Shown here piece by piece: positions 9,463 through 19,187 of a DNA stretch of 64,000 bases. Below the pieces are notes generated by a model. It ran no database searches, was not told the DNA's origin, and was given only the letters and a program-made list of their open reading frames with translations. The position numbers were made by a program, and so were the translations under genes. This DNA is from a virus, in IMG/VR virus record IMGVR_UViG_3300037201_000018, positions 30,384 to 94,383 of that record, one strand, 5' to 3'. How positions within the stretch are numbered: the stretch's first letter is position 1; each line of letters starts with the position of its first letter.

Positions 9463-11898
9463 GTGACCGAACCTCTTCATTTCTTGACTGAGCAGGACCG
9501 GCAGAAGCTGGTCGACACGATCGACCAAGCGAAGAAGCTCCGTGTCAGCAAGCCAGTCATAAGTAAAGATCCAAAGCTCGCCGTCGCTCAGGACGTCTAC
9601 GTCGCCCGAGTCCCCTGCGGTCTCCAGATCCCTGCGAGCACGGCGACTCAGCCGGGATACCTCGACTGCTGCATCTTCAAGATCACGTGGCAGACCGACA
9701 TCAACAATCCCACGATGGTCTACCAGCCACTCCTGAACCCCGATGGTTCAGCGGTGCGGGAGCGGGTCTACAACATCTACGACGTCCCAGTATTGGACTG
9801 TCAGTACATCCAGATCTACAAGACAAAGGACGGACACTTCGTCAACGAGAACCCGGATTGGATGGACTGTCCTAACAATCCCGCGAGTACGTCATCAACC
9901 AGCTCAACTTCGAGTTCCACGACGACGGTCGCCCCGCAGAACACGTCAACGACGACTCCCAACCCGAACTATGCCTACTGCGCAGGAGTCTGCCAGTGGG
10001 TCTGGAGTGCCACAAACAAAACCTGGAGCGTCACGAGCAGCACTTGCTACATAGCAACGACGACCAGCTCGACGAGTTCTAGCAGCACCAGCAGCACGAG
10101 TACTAGCTCGACTAGCAGTACATCTAGTACGAGTACGACTAGCAGTACATCTAGTACGAGTACGACGAGTACCTCGACGACGACTCCTTGTCCCTGCCCG
10201 ACGACGTCAAGTTCCAGTTCGAGTTCTACATCGTCGACTAGCTCTAGCTCGACGTCATCGACATCTTCAACTAGTACGACGTCATCCACGACAACGAGCA
10301 GCACGACGACTCCTGCCCCCTGTCAGTGTCTCTATCCAACGACCTGTGGGACGAACGACGGGGACTGCACGACGACGTACTGCTCGACGGGGATCAATCA
10401 GCCCCCGAGCTGCGGTCAGTCGACGACCAGCTCATCCTCAACGACCTGCTCGCCCTGTCAGTCTTGTGCAGCTACGTCGACAACGCCATCGCCTGGAGGT
10501 GGAGGTAGCGGAAATAACTGCGGTAACTGCATAGCGACTTGTTTGGGAGTCGTGGCTGGGACGTGTAACGACAAGGCAGGAACTTGGACGTTAACGACTG
10601 GATGCATCTCACCAACCGGGTGCGGTTGCCCACTCTTCGGTCAGAACTTCGTTCCTGGGATCATCGGAACACCGTGTAGCACTAACGGTGCCACGATCTC
10701 GATGGTATGCATCACTGGGGAGACTATCCCACCTGGATCTAGCAGCAGCGGACAGTGTTGCTACAGTTGGACCGGATCGGCGTGGCAGTACAAATCTACC
10801 GCATCGACTCCCTGCGCCGTTTCGGGAATTGTGACTTCTGGCCTTACCTGTCAACCTCCATCAGCCCCCGGCGGGACTGTCTGCGGTATATCTTGTACGC
10901 CATGCGTGGCGGCGGGAGGAGGTGGTAGCCCAGGCAATCCAGCGACTACCCAAGCTCCATGCTGCACCGGATACTCTGGCCCCGTCTGCGGGGGCGTCCC
11001 TCAGACCTCAACGACAACTACGACTGCCCAGCCTTGCGGGACCGGCTGCTCCTACAGTTACACTACCAGTACCTGGTCTCTCGTCTCGAACAACTGCGGT
11101 CCCTGTTCTTGCGTCGCCCCAACTGGAACTCCGAGTCCTGCCTGTGCCGCTGGCTCAAATATCCAGGTAATGCCCTGTGGTCCCCAGACGTCCTCGACAA
11201 CTACCACAACGACTACGACGACTACCACAACGACTACGACGACTACGACGACTACTACGACCACGACGACTACTACGACCACGACGACTTGTGCTCCAAA
11301 TGGGTGCGTCCCAATAGCAACAGGATGCCCAAGTAGTGGAGGAGTTTGTGCAATTTATTGTGCAAATGGATGTGGAGGAGGCGGTCCCGGTTGGTATGGC
11401 CACGCTGAGGGTGCCGGATGTGCATCCAGTTGCGTTGTATATTCTCCCTCTCCTGGAAATTGTGTTTATCAGGCATGCGGCCCCGGCTGCCCCAATAATT
11501 TACCATCAAGCCCAACTGATGGGCAGACCGTTTGTGGAGGATGCATTCCAGGCGGCATTTCGTCACAGAATTCTTGCTTTGGTGCCATGAGTGGTTGCAC
11601 TACCTGCAACACCACCACGACAACTACAACGACCACCACTACCACGACGACGACGACCACAGCTGCTCCTTGTCAGTGGCAATGCTGTGAACCGGGCAAA
11701 GACAACCCTTACGGCTGGCAGCTGCTGAGCACCACCTGCGGAGGAGGATTCGCGTGTCTGCCACCTGCGACGGTCTGTAATGCTGGCACGGCGAACTGCC
11801 TAATCGCCACAAACAGTTGCGTCCCCAGCAGCACGCCAGGGTCGACAAACACGCCCTCCGGGTACACCAGCTGTAGTGGTGGTGGAGTCTGTAGTTAA
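9463..11898 (+). CDS. Cys-rich, Ser/Thr mucin-like protein (putative tail fibre / receptor-binding protein)
   Basis: Globular N-terminus, then Cys-rich modules (C.Y/W.W....W..) separated by S/T tracts, including 31-Thr and 17-Thr runs. Confidence 0.7.
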   Translation: MTEPLHFLTEQDRQKLVDTIDQAKKLRVSKPVISKDPKLAVAQDVYVARVPCGLQIPASTATQPGYLDCCIFKITWQTDINNPTMVYQPLLNPDGSAVRERVYNIYDVPVLDCQYIQIYKTKDGHFVNENPDWMDCPNNPASTSSTSSTSSSTTTVAPQNTSTTTPNPNYAYCAGVCQWVWSATNKTWSVTSSTCYIATTTSSTSSSSTSSTSTSSTSSTSSTSTTSSTSSTSTTSTSTTTPCPCPTTSSSSSSSTSSTSSSSTSSTSSTSTTSSTTTSSTTTPAPCQCLYPTTCGTNDGDCTTTYCSTGINQPPSCGQSTTSSSSTTCSPCQSCAATSTTPSPGGGGSGNNCGNCIATCLGVVAGTCNDKAGTWTLTTGCISPTGCGCPLFGQNFVPGIIGTPCSTNGATISMVCITGETIPPGSSSSGQCCYSWTGSAWQYKSTASTPCAVSGIVTSGLTCQPPSAPGGTVCGISCTPCVAAGGGGSPGNPATTQAPCCTGYSGPVCGGVPQTSTTTTTAQPCGTGCSYSYTTSTWSLVSNNCGPCSCVAPTGTPSPACAAGSNIQVMPCGPQTSSTTTTTTTTTTTTTTTTTTTTTTTTTTTTTTTCAPNGCVPIATGCPSSGGVCAIYCANGCGGGGPGWYGHAEGAGCASSCVVYSPSPGNCVYQACGPGCPNNLPSSPTDGQTVCGGCIPGGISSQNSCFGAMSGCTTCNTTTTTTTTTTTTTTTTTAAPCQWQCCEPGKDNPYGWQLLSTTCGGGFACLPPATVCNAGTANCLIATNSCVPSSTPGSTNTPSGYTSCSGGGVCS
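11197..11289 (+). repeat. poly-Thr coding tract (31 ACN codons); second tract at 11611-11661 (17 ACN)
   Basis: Mixed ACA/ACT/ACC/ACG codons, in frame. Confidence 0.9.
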
Positions 11899-11910
11899 GG
11901 AATCCGTAGG

Positions 11911-12363
11911 ATGAGAACTCTGCCGACGATCACCGCTGCCCAGCTGCTGGGGTTCGGTCCCTGTGCCGAGTATCTGAAGGGCGGCAAGCGAGAGAGCGTC
12001 ATCAGCCAGTCGCCTGAGTGGGACGCTAGGGGACTCCTGTCGTTGGACATCCCAGACGACCACAAGTTGTGGGCGGTCCTGAGACTCGAACTGCTACCGC
12101 AGGACTTGCTGGATAACTGCGTCAAAGCGATCCACGCGGACTATCCCGAGCTGAGAGGCGAGATCGTTCCCCCAGCCGGCAGTACCTACGAGCAAGACCG
12201 AGATGTCATCCTCTCCTCACTGAAGAAGAAAAAGTATCTCTCCGCCTGCGTCCACTGCACCCAACTGGCGAGACTGATCCCCCGCAACCGTAACGTGCGG
12301 CAGGAACTGGCGAGGCAGGTCGAAGTGATCAAGCAGCAGGTCCAGAACTGGATAGATGATTAA
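11911..12363 (+). CDS. hypothetical protein
   Basis: Packed ORF between the mucin-like gene and a glycosyltransferase. Confidence 0.6.
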   Translation: MRTLPTITAAQLLGFGPCAEYLKGGKRESVISQSPEWDARGLLSLDIPDDHKLWAVLRLELLPQDLLDNCVKAIHADYPELRGEIVPPAGSTYEQDRDVILSSLKKKKYLSACVHCTQLARLIPRNRNVRQELARQVEVIKQQVQNWIDD

Positions 12364-14272
12364 CCCCTCTCAAACTGGAGTGACAGAAGTGCCCAAACTG
12401 ACGATCGGGATGGCCCACCACGCGGACGTCGCGAGATTAGAGTCTACAGTTCAGTCTTTGAGACTGCATCACGCGGTCGACTGGAACTTTGAGATCGTGA
12501 TCGTCGACAACTCGGCGAACCTCCCCTGCACTCAGGACCTCGTCAACTTTATCAACTCGGCGACGTCTCACGATCGCTGCGTGATCAAGTACGTCCCCAT
12601 GACCGATCCCGTCGGTACGAGTCCCACGAGAGACCTGATCTTCCAGATCGCGACGGGCGACTTCGTGCTCGTGATGGATTGCCACGTCATGCTTGACAAG
12701 GATGCCATCTCTCGTCTCTTGAAGTTCTACTCTGAGCATCCCAAGACTGACGACCTCTACTCTGGTCCCTTACTGACTAACGACTTGAGAACCTCGTGGA
12801 CTCACTTCAACGACCAGTGGCGGGCGGAGATGTGGGGAACGTGGAGTACGGCCTGGATCTGTCCCTGCGGAGGAACGCGGTTCTCCACGCTCGACATGGG
12901 GACCGGTAAGATGATCCCGATCGCCCTGACGATGGGAGCGGTCAAGATCGACGGCTGCCACTACTGCGGCAAGCAGTTACCCAAGGACGGTCCCTGGAAC
13001 GGTCACGAGGACTACTTAGAACGACAGGGTTGGATTCCTCTCGGGAGAGATCCCGACGAGAAGCCCTTCGAGATACCGGGCCAAGGTTTGGGACTCTTCA
13101 CTTGCCGTCGGGAGTCGTGGCTCGGCTTCAACAAGGATTCGAGGTTCTTCGGAGGCGAGGAACTCTACATCCACCAGAAGTACAGGAAGGCTGGGAGAAC
13201 CTGCTGGTGTCTGCCCTTCCTCCGCTGGTGGCACGACTTCTACAAGGACCCCAACAAGCCAACTTACACCAATACGACATGGAACAAGTGTCGGAACTAC
13301 GTATTAGAGTCTCAAGAGTTGGGCGAGGAGTGGATGCCGCTGCTCGACGTCAAGAACCACTTCATCGGGCAGAACAACTTCACGGAGGCCCACTGGAACA
13401 AGCTGATAGCCGATCCCGTCAAGAGGGTCAACGAGAGCGACTGCCCTGGCTGTCAGGCGGCTCAGGCTGCCATGATGATCCAAGACGATCCTCAGATCAA
13501 GACCCTCGACGACGCATTCGACGTCGTCTCAAAGATTCCCCGTGACATGGAGCAGCACATGCCCAAGCTGCGGGAGCTGGCAGCCGACGTCTCGCACGTG
13601 ACGGAGATCAGTCACCGGCGGGAGGGGACGATCGCGTTCCTGGCTGCTCGACCCAAGTTCATCAAGTCCTACAACCTAGAGCCAGCTTCCCCTCAACTCA
13701 GCAAACTCGCGAAGGAGGCGGGAGTCTCGCTAGACATCCAAGCCCCCGCCGACGGTTACGTTAAAATAGAACCGACGGATCTGCTCTTCATCGACGACGT
13801 CGAGACGTATGAGAGAACCAAGCAGCACCTAGAGAGACTGTCGGGCTCAGTGAGTCGCTACATCGTCTTCCACGACACGATCTTCGCCCCTCCGATGATG
13901 CAGGCGATCAGGGAGTTTCTGTTCGTCAATCGTCAGTGGTCGGTCATCTACCACACGGTCGAGGAGCACGGGCTGACTGTCCTCGGTTGCAGAGACGAGG
14001 ACAAGCCAAAGCTGCCGCCCTTCACCGACGAGCTGAAGAATGTCACCCGGAGCATCTGGAAGGCGGCGACGAACTACGTTAAGGGAGGGCAGACGAACGT
14101 CGAGCCTGAGGTCTATGAGAAGCGACTCTCGATCTGTGCGACCTGCACCCAGCGAGTCAACGACCGCTGCGCTGCCTGCGGGTGCCGCATCGAACTCAAG
14201 GCGAGCTTGGCAACGGACACCTGCCCCCTCCTCTACTGGCCCCTACTGAATGCAGAAGGGAAGGTAGAATGA
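12356..14272 (+). CDS. multidomain GT-A glycosyltransferase (GT2/GT27-like) + class I methyltransferase-like domain + C-terminal Cys-rich (DUF6171-like) domain
   Basis: EIVIVDN; VMDCH (DxH); GLF...FGGEELYI...LP....HDF; DLLFIDD...YIVFHDT; C-terminal RLSICATC...CAACGC...CP. Confidence 0.75.
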   Translation: MINPSQTGVTEVPKLTIGMAHHADVARLESTVQSLRLHHAVDWNFEIVIVDNSANLPCTQDLVNFINSATSHDRCVIKYVPMTDPVGTSPTRDLIFQIATGDFVLVMDCHVMLDKDAISRLLKFYSEHPKTDDLYSGPLLTNDLRTSWTHFNDQWRAEMWGTWSTAWICPCGGTRFSTLDMGTGKMIPIALTMGAVKIDGCHYCGKQLPKDGPWNGHEDYLERQGWIPLGRDPDEKPFEIPGQGLGLFTCRRESWLGFNKDSRFFGGEELYIHQKYRKAGRTCWCLPFLRWWHDFYKDPNKPTYTNTTWNKCRNYVLESQELGEEWMPLLDVKNHFIGQNNFTEAHWNKLIADPVKRVNESDCPGCQAAQAAMMIQDDPQIKTLDDAFDVVSKIPRDMEQHMPKLRELAADVSHVTEISHRREGTIAFLAARPKFIKSYNLEPASPQLSKLAKEAGVSLDIQAPADGYVKIEPTDLLFIDDVETYERTKQHLERLSGSVSRYIVFHDTIFAPPMMQAIREFLFVNRQWSVIYHTVEEHGLTVLGCRDEDKPKLPPFTDELKNVTRSIWKAATNYVKGGQTNVEPEVYEKRLSICATCTQRVNDRCAACGCRIELKASLATDTCPLLYWPLLNAEGKVE

Positions 14273-14345
14273 CCCATGTTCACTGACAATACTCCGTGGG
14301 ATCATGCGGGTTGGGGCGGCGTAATCGTTCTCGCAGGTTTTAAGG

Positions 14346-14639
14346 ATGTTAAACTCTAAAGAACACGTATGTCATCACTGTGATAATCCGCCATGTTGTA
14401 ATCCAAAGCACCTGTTTCTAGGTAACGATAAATCTAATCGCCGAGACGCTACGTCTAAATTTAGAACGGAGCACGGAGAGGATCATCACTTCGCAAAGAT
14501 AACTGAGAGGGATGTACTGGAGATTAGAAAATTGGGGGCTGCTGGATCACACCGCCACCGGCAATTAGCTGAGATGTTTGGTATTAGTATTTCACAAATT
14601 GTCTCGATAATCCACCGAAGGTTTTGGAGGCACATATGA
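14346..14639 (+). CDS. HNH endonuclease (short, probably truncated homing endonuclease)
   Basis: VCHHCDNPPCCNPKHLFLG..N motif, GEDHHFAK motif and C-terminal HTH. The usual N-terminal part is lacking; AT-rich. Confidence 0.75.
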   Translation: MLNSKEHVCHHCDNPPCCNPKHLFLGNDKSNRRDATSKFRTEHGEDHHFAKITERDVLEIRKLGAAGSHRHRQLAEMFGISISQIVSIIHRRFWRHI

Positions 14640-15430
14640 GAAGTAACCCATTTATTGCGTGCTTGTGTGCAACTTACAAGAGACCGACTTGCCTGGCGAA
14701 CGCGGTCGCCTGTTTCTTGGCTCAGGAGTACGAAAATAAGGTATTGGTGATCGTAGATGACGCCGCGCAATACAACCCACGTGAGTACGATTGGAAGCAA
14801 CCCAAGAACATCCTGATGATCTCTTGGCAGCAGAGAGGACCGAGCCTCAGCGAGAAACGAAATGAAGTAGCTAGGATCGCTAAGGACGGATATGAACCAG
14901 AGATCTTTGCTGTTTGGGACGACGACGACGTTTACCTCCCGAATCATCTCAGCAACATAGCCGCGGGTTACGAGCGAGGGGGAGAGTTCTTCCTTCACAA
15001 GAAGGTACTGACGACCTACGACTGTGGAGAGACCGGAAAGACGGTTTTAGAACAGGCGGTGTATGAAGTCGCCGGTCCCTGGGAAACCCGGTTCCATTCC
15101 TCCTGGGCATTCACGCGGGAGCTGTTCGAGCGAGTCGGGGGTTATCCCCCTCCTATGCCTAACGGGCAATACGATGATTTTGAGACTCAGCTCGGAATAA
15201 ACCTAAAGCGAGTCGGTAAAGTAGAATATATCGACGGCGATGGACCGAGTTACGTCTGCCGGGTGTTCAACCAAGCCGAGTACCACTTGACGCAGACGGA
15301 CGGGAAGAGCTACCAAGAGAACTGGGAAAGGATCGGCAAGTTGCCATCTCCGTTCGTCGGCGAGTTAGTTCCAAAGATGGACGACTGGACCAAGCGACTG
15401 TACGTGAACTTAACTGGAGTAAAAGCGTGA
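14636..15430 (+). CDS. glycosyltransferase family 2
   Basis: CLCATYKRP, VIVDD, KRN and WDDDDVY motifs. Confidence 0.85.
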   Translation: MRSNPFIACLCATYKRPTCLANAVACFLAQEYENKVLVIVDDAAQYNPREYDWKQPKNILMISWQQRGPSLSEKRNEVARIAKDGYEPEIFAVWDDDDVYLPNHLSNIAAGYERGGEFFLHKKVLTTYDCGETGKTVLEQAVYEVAGPWETRFHSSWAFTRELFERVGGYPPPMPNGQYDDFETQLGINLKRVGKVEYIDGDGPSYVCRVFNQAEYHLTQTDGKSYQENWERIGKLPSPFVGELVPKMDDWTKRLYVNLTGVKA

Positions 15431-16248
15431 GCGACGAGCTTCCTTTCGTATCGTGCTTGTGCCCTACCTATCGTCACCCAAAGCTACTGGCCAACGCCGT
15501 CGCCTGCTACCTCTCGCAGGACTACCCGTTGGAGAGGCGAGAGCTGATCATCCTCGACGACTACGGCCAATACGAGAACAAGAGCTACGACGGTTACCAA
15601 GTCGTCTCCGTCTCTCGTCGATACGTTTCGTTCTGGGAGAAGCGGTGTGCGACAGCGGCTCTCGGGAGGAACTTGGGAGAGAACAAATCCCCAGACGTCT
15701 ACTGTGCTTGGGACGATGACGACGTCTACATGCCGTGGCACATCACAGCCCACATCGAGGCGCTGAAAGTCAGACGGCGGGGTAGGGACGCTGTTGCCTA
15801 CTCACATCCCATGAAGATATTCAGCACATATGGGCGAGTCTTACATGAGGAAGACGGTCGAGGTCGGTTTGAGGGTTCTTTCGCATTCACCCGAAGAGCC
15901 TACGAGAAGGCCGACGGCTGGCCAGTCACCAAGCGGGGAGGGGGTGACCAGATATTCATCGGTCGACTGGAGAAGGCCTGCGGAGGAAAGATCGACGACC
16001 CCTGCGAGGGATATGCCCCCAGCTACGTCTACCGTTGGGAGTCTACGAACAGTAATCATTCATCGGGGTACCATAAGTCGTTTGACGACGAGGAGTGGTA
16101 TGATCGCTACGCGAGAGAGGCGAACTTCGACGACGAGGGGGCCAGCAGGATCGTCTTACCCCAGTTCGATGCGGAGACGAAGCAGATCTACAGTCTAGTC
16201 GATCAGGAGAAAGGAATCGGCCTTGAGACACATCAGATACAGAGTTGA
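15427..16248 (+). CDS. glycosyltransferase family 2 (paralog of upstream gene)
   Basis: VSCLCPTYRHP, ELIILDD and WDDDDVY motifs. Confidence 0.85.
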   Translation: MSDELPFVSCLCPTYRHPKLLANAVACYLSQDYPLERRELIILDDYGQYENKSYDGYQVVSVSRRYVSFWEKRCATAALGRNLGENKSPDVYCAWDDDDVYMPWHITAHIEALKVRRRGRDAVAYSHPMKIFSTYGRVLHEEDGRGRFEGSFAFTRRAYEKADGWPVTKRGGGDQIFIGRLEKACGGKIDDPCEGYAPSYVYRWESTNSNHSSGYHKSFDDEEWYDRYAREANFDDEGASRIVLPQFDAETKQIYSLVDQEKGIGLETHQIQS

Positions 16249-16471
16249 CCCCGACGTCGAGATCAGTCGGGTCCTCAACCAACTCTTGGACTACTATGAC
16301 GATAAAAAGTACGAGGAACACCAGATCGAGAGGGCCAAGCGACCGCCGATCTACGAGAAGAGGCATGAGTACGGATGTTATCTTGACACTGGAAAGCCTC
16401 TCTCCGAGGAAGATCGCGAGAACTTGAGAAAAGAACTGGCAGGCGAGATCAGAGGAGACATCGACGAATGA
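16223..16471 (+). CDS. hypothetical protein
   Basis: Packed ORF. Confidence 0.45.
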   Translation: MRHIRYRVDPDVEISRVLNQLLDYYDDKKYEEHQIERAKRPPIYEKRHEYGCYLDTGKPLSEEDRENLRKELAGEIRGDIDE

Positions 16472-16629
16472 GTGAACCTACCCACTACCACTGCCCCTAC
16501 GGACACGAACATCCTCAACCGTGCGAACTGGAAGACGGCAGGGTCATCTGTCGGAAGTGCTTGTACGACGACGGCGTAGAAGTTGAATGCATTCTATGTA
16601 CGCCAGAGACCTGCGGAGAGCGAGCATGA
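16468..16629 (+). CDS. small Cys-rich protein (53 aa, not in ORF track)
   Basis: MSEPTHYHCPYGHEHPQPC...CRKC...CILCTPETC. ATGA overlaps on both sides; GAGGAG RBS. Confidence 0.55.
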   Translation: MSEPTHYHCPYGHEHPQPCELEDGRVICRKCLYDDGVEVECILCTPETCGERA

Positions 16630-17402
16630 GATGGGCTTACGGAGTGATGACTTGTAAAGAGCGAGCGACGAATATCCTAAGTAAGACTCTCACGTCACTG
16701 GCAACGGGGGGATTTGACAAGCCGCGAATTTTCCTCGACGATGGTTGGGAAGAGATCCCGATCGCAATCGAACTGGATTTCACAAATAGAAGTCCGCGAA
16801 TCAATCCGTTCGGTAACTGGCTGCTCGGGATTTGGGAACTCTACATCAGGAATCCCAACGCCGAGCGATACGCGATGTTCCAGGACGACATCGTATGCTA
16901 CAAGAACCTTCGTCAGTACCTCGAACAGTGTAACTTACTTCAGTACCAACCGATGACCGAATCAACCAGAACAGACACGATTCAAGAACCAAATAAACGA
17001 TACTGGAACCTCTTCACGTTCACGGCAACAGTCGACGTCGCTAAACACCAACCCTCGAACGAGGAACTAGCTCCGAAAGACAGAACAGGTTGGTACGAGT
17101 CCAACCAACTCGGTCGGGGGGCGGTCGCCCTCGTGTTCGATCGTCAGGGACTCCAGACGTTACTCAGCAGCCCCCTCCTCGTTCAGCACCCGATGGAAGT
17201 CTATCTGGGAACTAGGAGGATTGACGGGATTGTACGAGATTGCCTGAGTGCCGCTGGTTACGTGGAGTACGTTCATTGGCCTTCGCTCGTTCAACACGTG
17301 GGAGACCTCTCGACGATCGGCAACCCAACACAGAAGCCCGCCATCTCCTTCCGCGGCGAAGAATATGATGCTCTCAACTTACTGAAGAGGGAAACCGTTT
17401 GA
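16626..17402 (+). CDS. putative GT-A fold glycosyltransferase
   Basis: YGVMT..R, MFQDD and PSLVQHVG..S motifs. Confidence 0.7.
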   Translation: MRWAYGVMTCKERATNILSKTLTSLATGGFDKPRIFLDDGWEEIPIAIELDFTNRSPRINPFGNWLLGIWELYIRNPNAERYAMFQDDIVCYKNLRQYLEQCNLLQYQPMTESTRTDTIQEPNKRYWNLFTFTATVDVAKHQPSNEELAPKDRTGWYESNQLGRGAVALVFDRQGLQTLLSSPLLVQHPMEVYLGTRRIDGIVRDCLSAAGYVEYVHWPSLVQHVGDLSTIGNPTQKPAISFRGEEYDALNLLKRETV

Positions 17403-17575
17403 TCTATCTTATTCCGTTATCAATTATTGCGGGGGTACTTGTCTTTGCTACCTCTACCTTGTTTGACGTAGTGAAGCAAATCGAAAAAGTGGCGGACGAA
17501 CTGATGGGAATACACAACGCGATCATCGCCGAGCAGGTTCGGAGAGACGAACGAGAGAAGAGGTACGAGACATGA
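17399..17575 (+). CDS. small membrane-anchored protein (58 aa, not in ORF track)
   Basis: TTG start overlapping the upstream stop; N-terminal hydrophobic helix; stop overlaps the next ATG. Confidence 0.45.
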   Translation: MIYLIPLSIIAGVLVFATSTLFDVVKQIEKVADELMGIHNAIIAEQVRRDEREKRYET

Positions 17576-17898
17576 AGGCCCTCTGCATCTGTCAGTACGG
17601 TCACTCGCGATCGGTCGCTCTGAGTCGAGTGTTACACGGCAGGTCGATCGAGGCAGTCGCGATCGGCTGGTCTACTGCGGGACAAGACGCGATAGACGTA
17701 CTGTCAGAGTGGGCTCATTACATCTTCATGCTGGACATGACGAACGGACCCCATAAGATCCTACCGAGGCACAGAATCAAGATCGTCCCGTTCGACGTCG
17801 GACCTGACAGGTGGAGTAACCCCTACAACCAAGAATTGCTTGAGATACTCGGTAAGAAGTTCAACGAGTTCTATGCGACGCTACCGACGGAAGACTGA
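17572..17898 (+). CDS. low-molecular-weight phosphatase (LMW-PTP/ArsC-like)
   Basis: N-terminal P-loop CQYGHSRS (CX5RS); EWA..I; later D.W motif. Confidence 0.7.
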   Translation: MKALCICQYGHSRSVALSRVLHGRSIEAVAIGWSTAGQDAIDVLSEWAHYIFMLDMTNGPHKILPRHRIKIVPFDVGPDRWSNPYNQELLEILGKKFNEFYATLPTED

Positions 17899-17900
17899 CG

Positions 17901-18959
17901 ATGCCCGAACCCTGGACGATCGACGACACGATCGGTCGCTTGCAGACGACTCAGCTGCCGAGGCTCGTCAAGCCAGCTTACGTGCCGAAGGAGGAGAGTC
18001 AGCGTAGGATCATGCTCGCGGTCGAGTCGATGAAGCGGCACACCAGCGATGAAGGTTATCAGATAGCCCAGGGACTGGAGAGCGCGGGATACGATCTCGT
18101 AGGACACCGGATGACCTTCGACGTGACCGACGTCCGCAGGATCTACCAGAGTCTCAAGCCGGGGACAGTCGTCGTTCAGGACAAGCGGGAGTGGGACGTC
18201 CAGCCGGGAGACTTCCGCGAGCACGAGGCTCGATTCCACCACGTCTCCTGTCTGGCGTACCAACCCGAAGTCTTCAGACTGACGATCCTCAAGGACTCTC
18301 ACCAGCGGCCGGAGTGGCATCGAGAGAGTGCTGATGAGATCAACTGCCACGCCTGGATCGTCTATTACAACAAAAGGATCGTGCAGCACGTTGCTACCTA
18401 CGTCAGACCCGAGCACCTCGTGAGGACGTACCACAGTCTTGACCCCGACCTGGTTCCTCCCTACTCGGGCGATCGTAACCAGGAGTGCTTGTTGTCGGGG
18501 GCTGTCTCGGCAGCGTATCCTCTCCGACTGAGTATCGTGCGTAACCTCTGTAACACACCGGGAATTACTTACCTCTCACATCCGGGTTATCACCGTAACG
18601 GTTCTGCGACCCCCCAGTTCCTCAAGAACCTGAGTCACTTCAAGGTAGCGATCTGTACGGCGTCGATGTACGGCTACGCTCTCCGCAAGATCATGGAGGC
18701 GACGGCCTGCGGCTGCCGAGTCCTGACCGACCTACCAGTTGACGAGGTTCTGCCTGAGATCGATGGGAACTTGTTTAGAATTAGACCAGACACGTCAGCG
18801 TACCACGTTGGGATCTATGTCCGTCAGCTCGTCAAGGAGTACGACGCCGACAAGCAAAGGGACTACGCCGATAAGGCCAAGCAGTTCTACGATTACAGAG
18901 CAATAGGAAAGAGATTGTCTGACGACATCGAGAAACTGAGGAAAGGCTACAATGACTGA
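17901..18959 (+). CDS. GT-B glycosyltransferase (CgeB/Glyco_trans_1_2-like)
   Basis: C-terminal YALRKIMEATACGC..LTD motif. Confidence 0.65.
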   Translation: MPEPWTIDDTIGRLQTTQLPRLVKPAYVPKEESQRRIMLAVESMKRHTSDEGYQIAQGLESAGYDLVGHRMTFDVTDVRRIYQSLKPGTVVVQDKREWDVQPGDFREHEARFHHVSCLAYQPEVFRLTILKDSHQRPEWHRESADEINCHAWIVYYNKRIVQHVATYVRPEHLVRTYHSLDPDLVPPYSGDRNQECLLSGAVSAAYPLRLSIVRNLCNTPGITYLSHPGYHRNGSATPQFLKNLSHFKVAICTASMYGYALRKIMEATACGCRVLTDLPVDEVLPEIDGNLFRIRPDTSAYHVGIYVRQLVKEYDADKQRDYADKAKQFYDYRAIGKRLSDDIEKLRKGYND

Positions 18960-19185
18960 GCAAGAGCAATATCAAGAATACGAGGCAAAGAGAAAGGAAC
19001 ATCAGTACGAGATCCGCAGAGAACGATTTGCGTTAAAAATTTACGGGATACTAACTCAAGAAGAAGCCGCTGGAGAAGCATTTCCAGACTGGAAAGAGAT
19101 AGCGGAGAGGGCTGTTACAGCGGCTGACGCCTTAGATAACGCTCTCTATCCTGATCCTCATGTACTTCCCCCTTACGAGGCATAA
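18952..19185 (+). CDS. hypothetical protein
   Basis: Packed ORF. Confidence 0.5.
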   Translation: MTEQEQYQEYEAKRKEHQYEIRRERFALKIYGILTQEEAAGEAFPDWKEIAERAVTAADALDNALYPDPHVLPPYEA

Positions 19186-19187
19186 CG

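Noticed and set aside
11058-11660. Poly-Val ORFs on the minus strand (also 10047..10304)
   Set aside because: They are antisense shadows of the poly-Thr/Ser tracts, with no RBS or independent motifs.
9880-11661. ACN/TCN tandem repeats as a CRISPR array or microsatellite
   Set aside because: There is no repeat-spacer periodicity. Third positions vary and the tracts are in-frame coding sequence.
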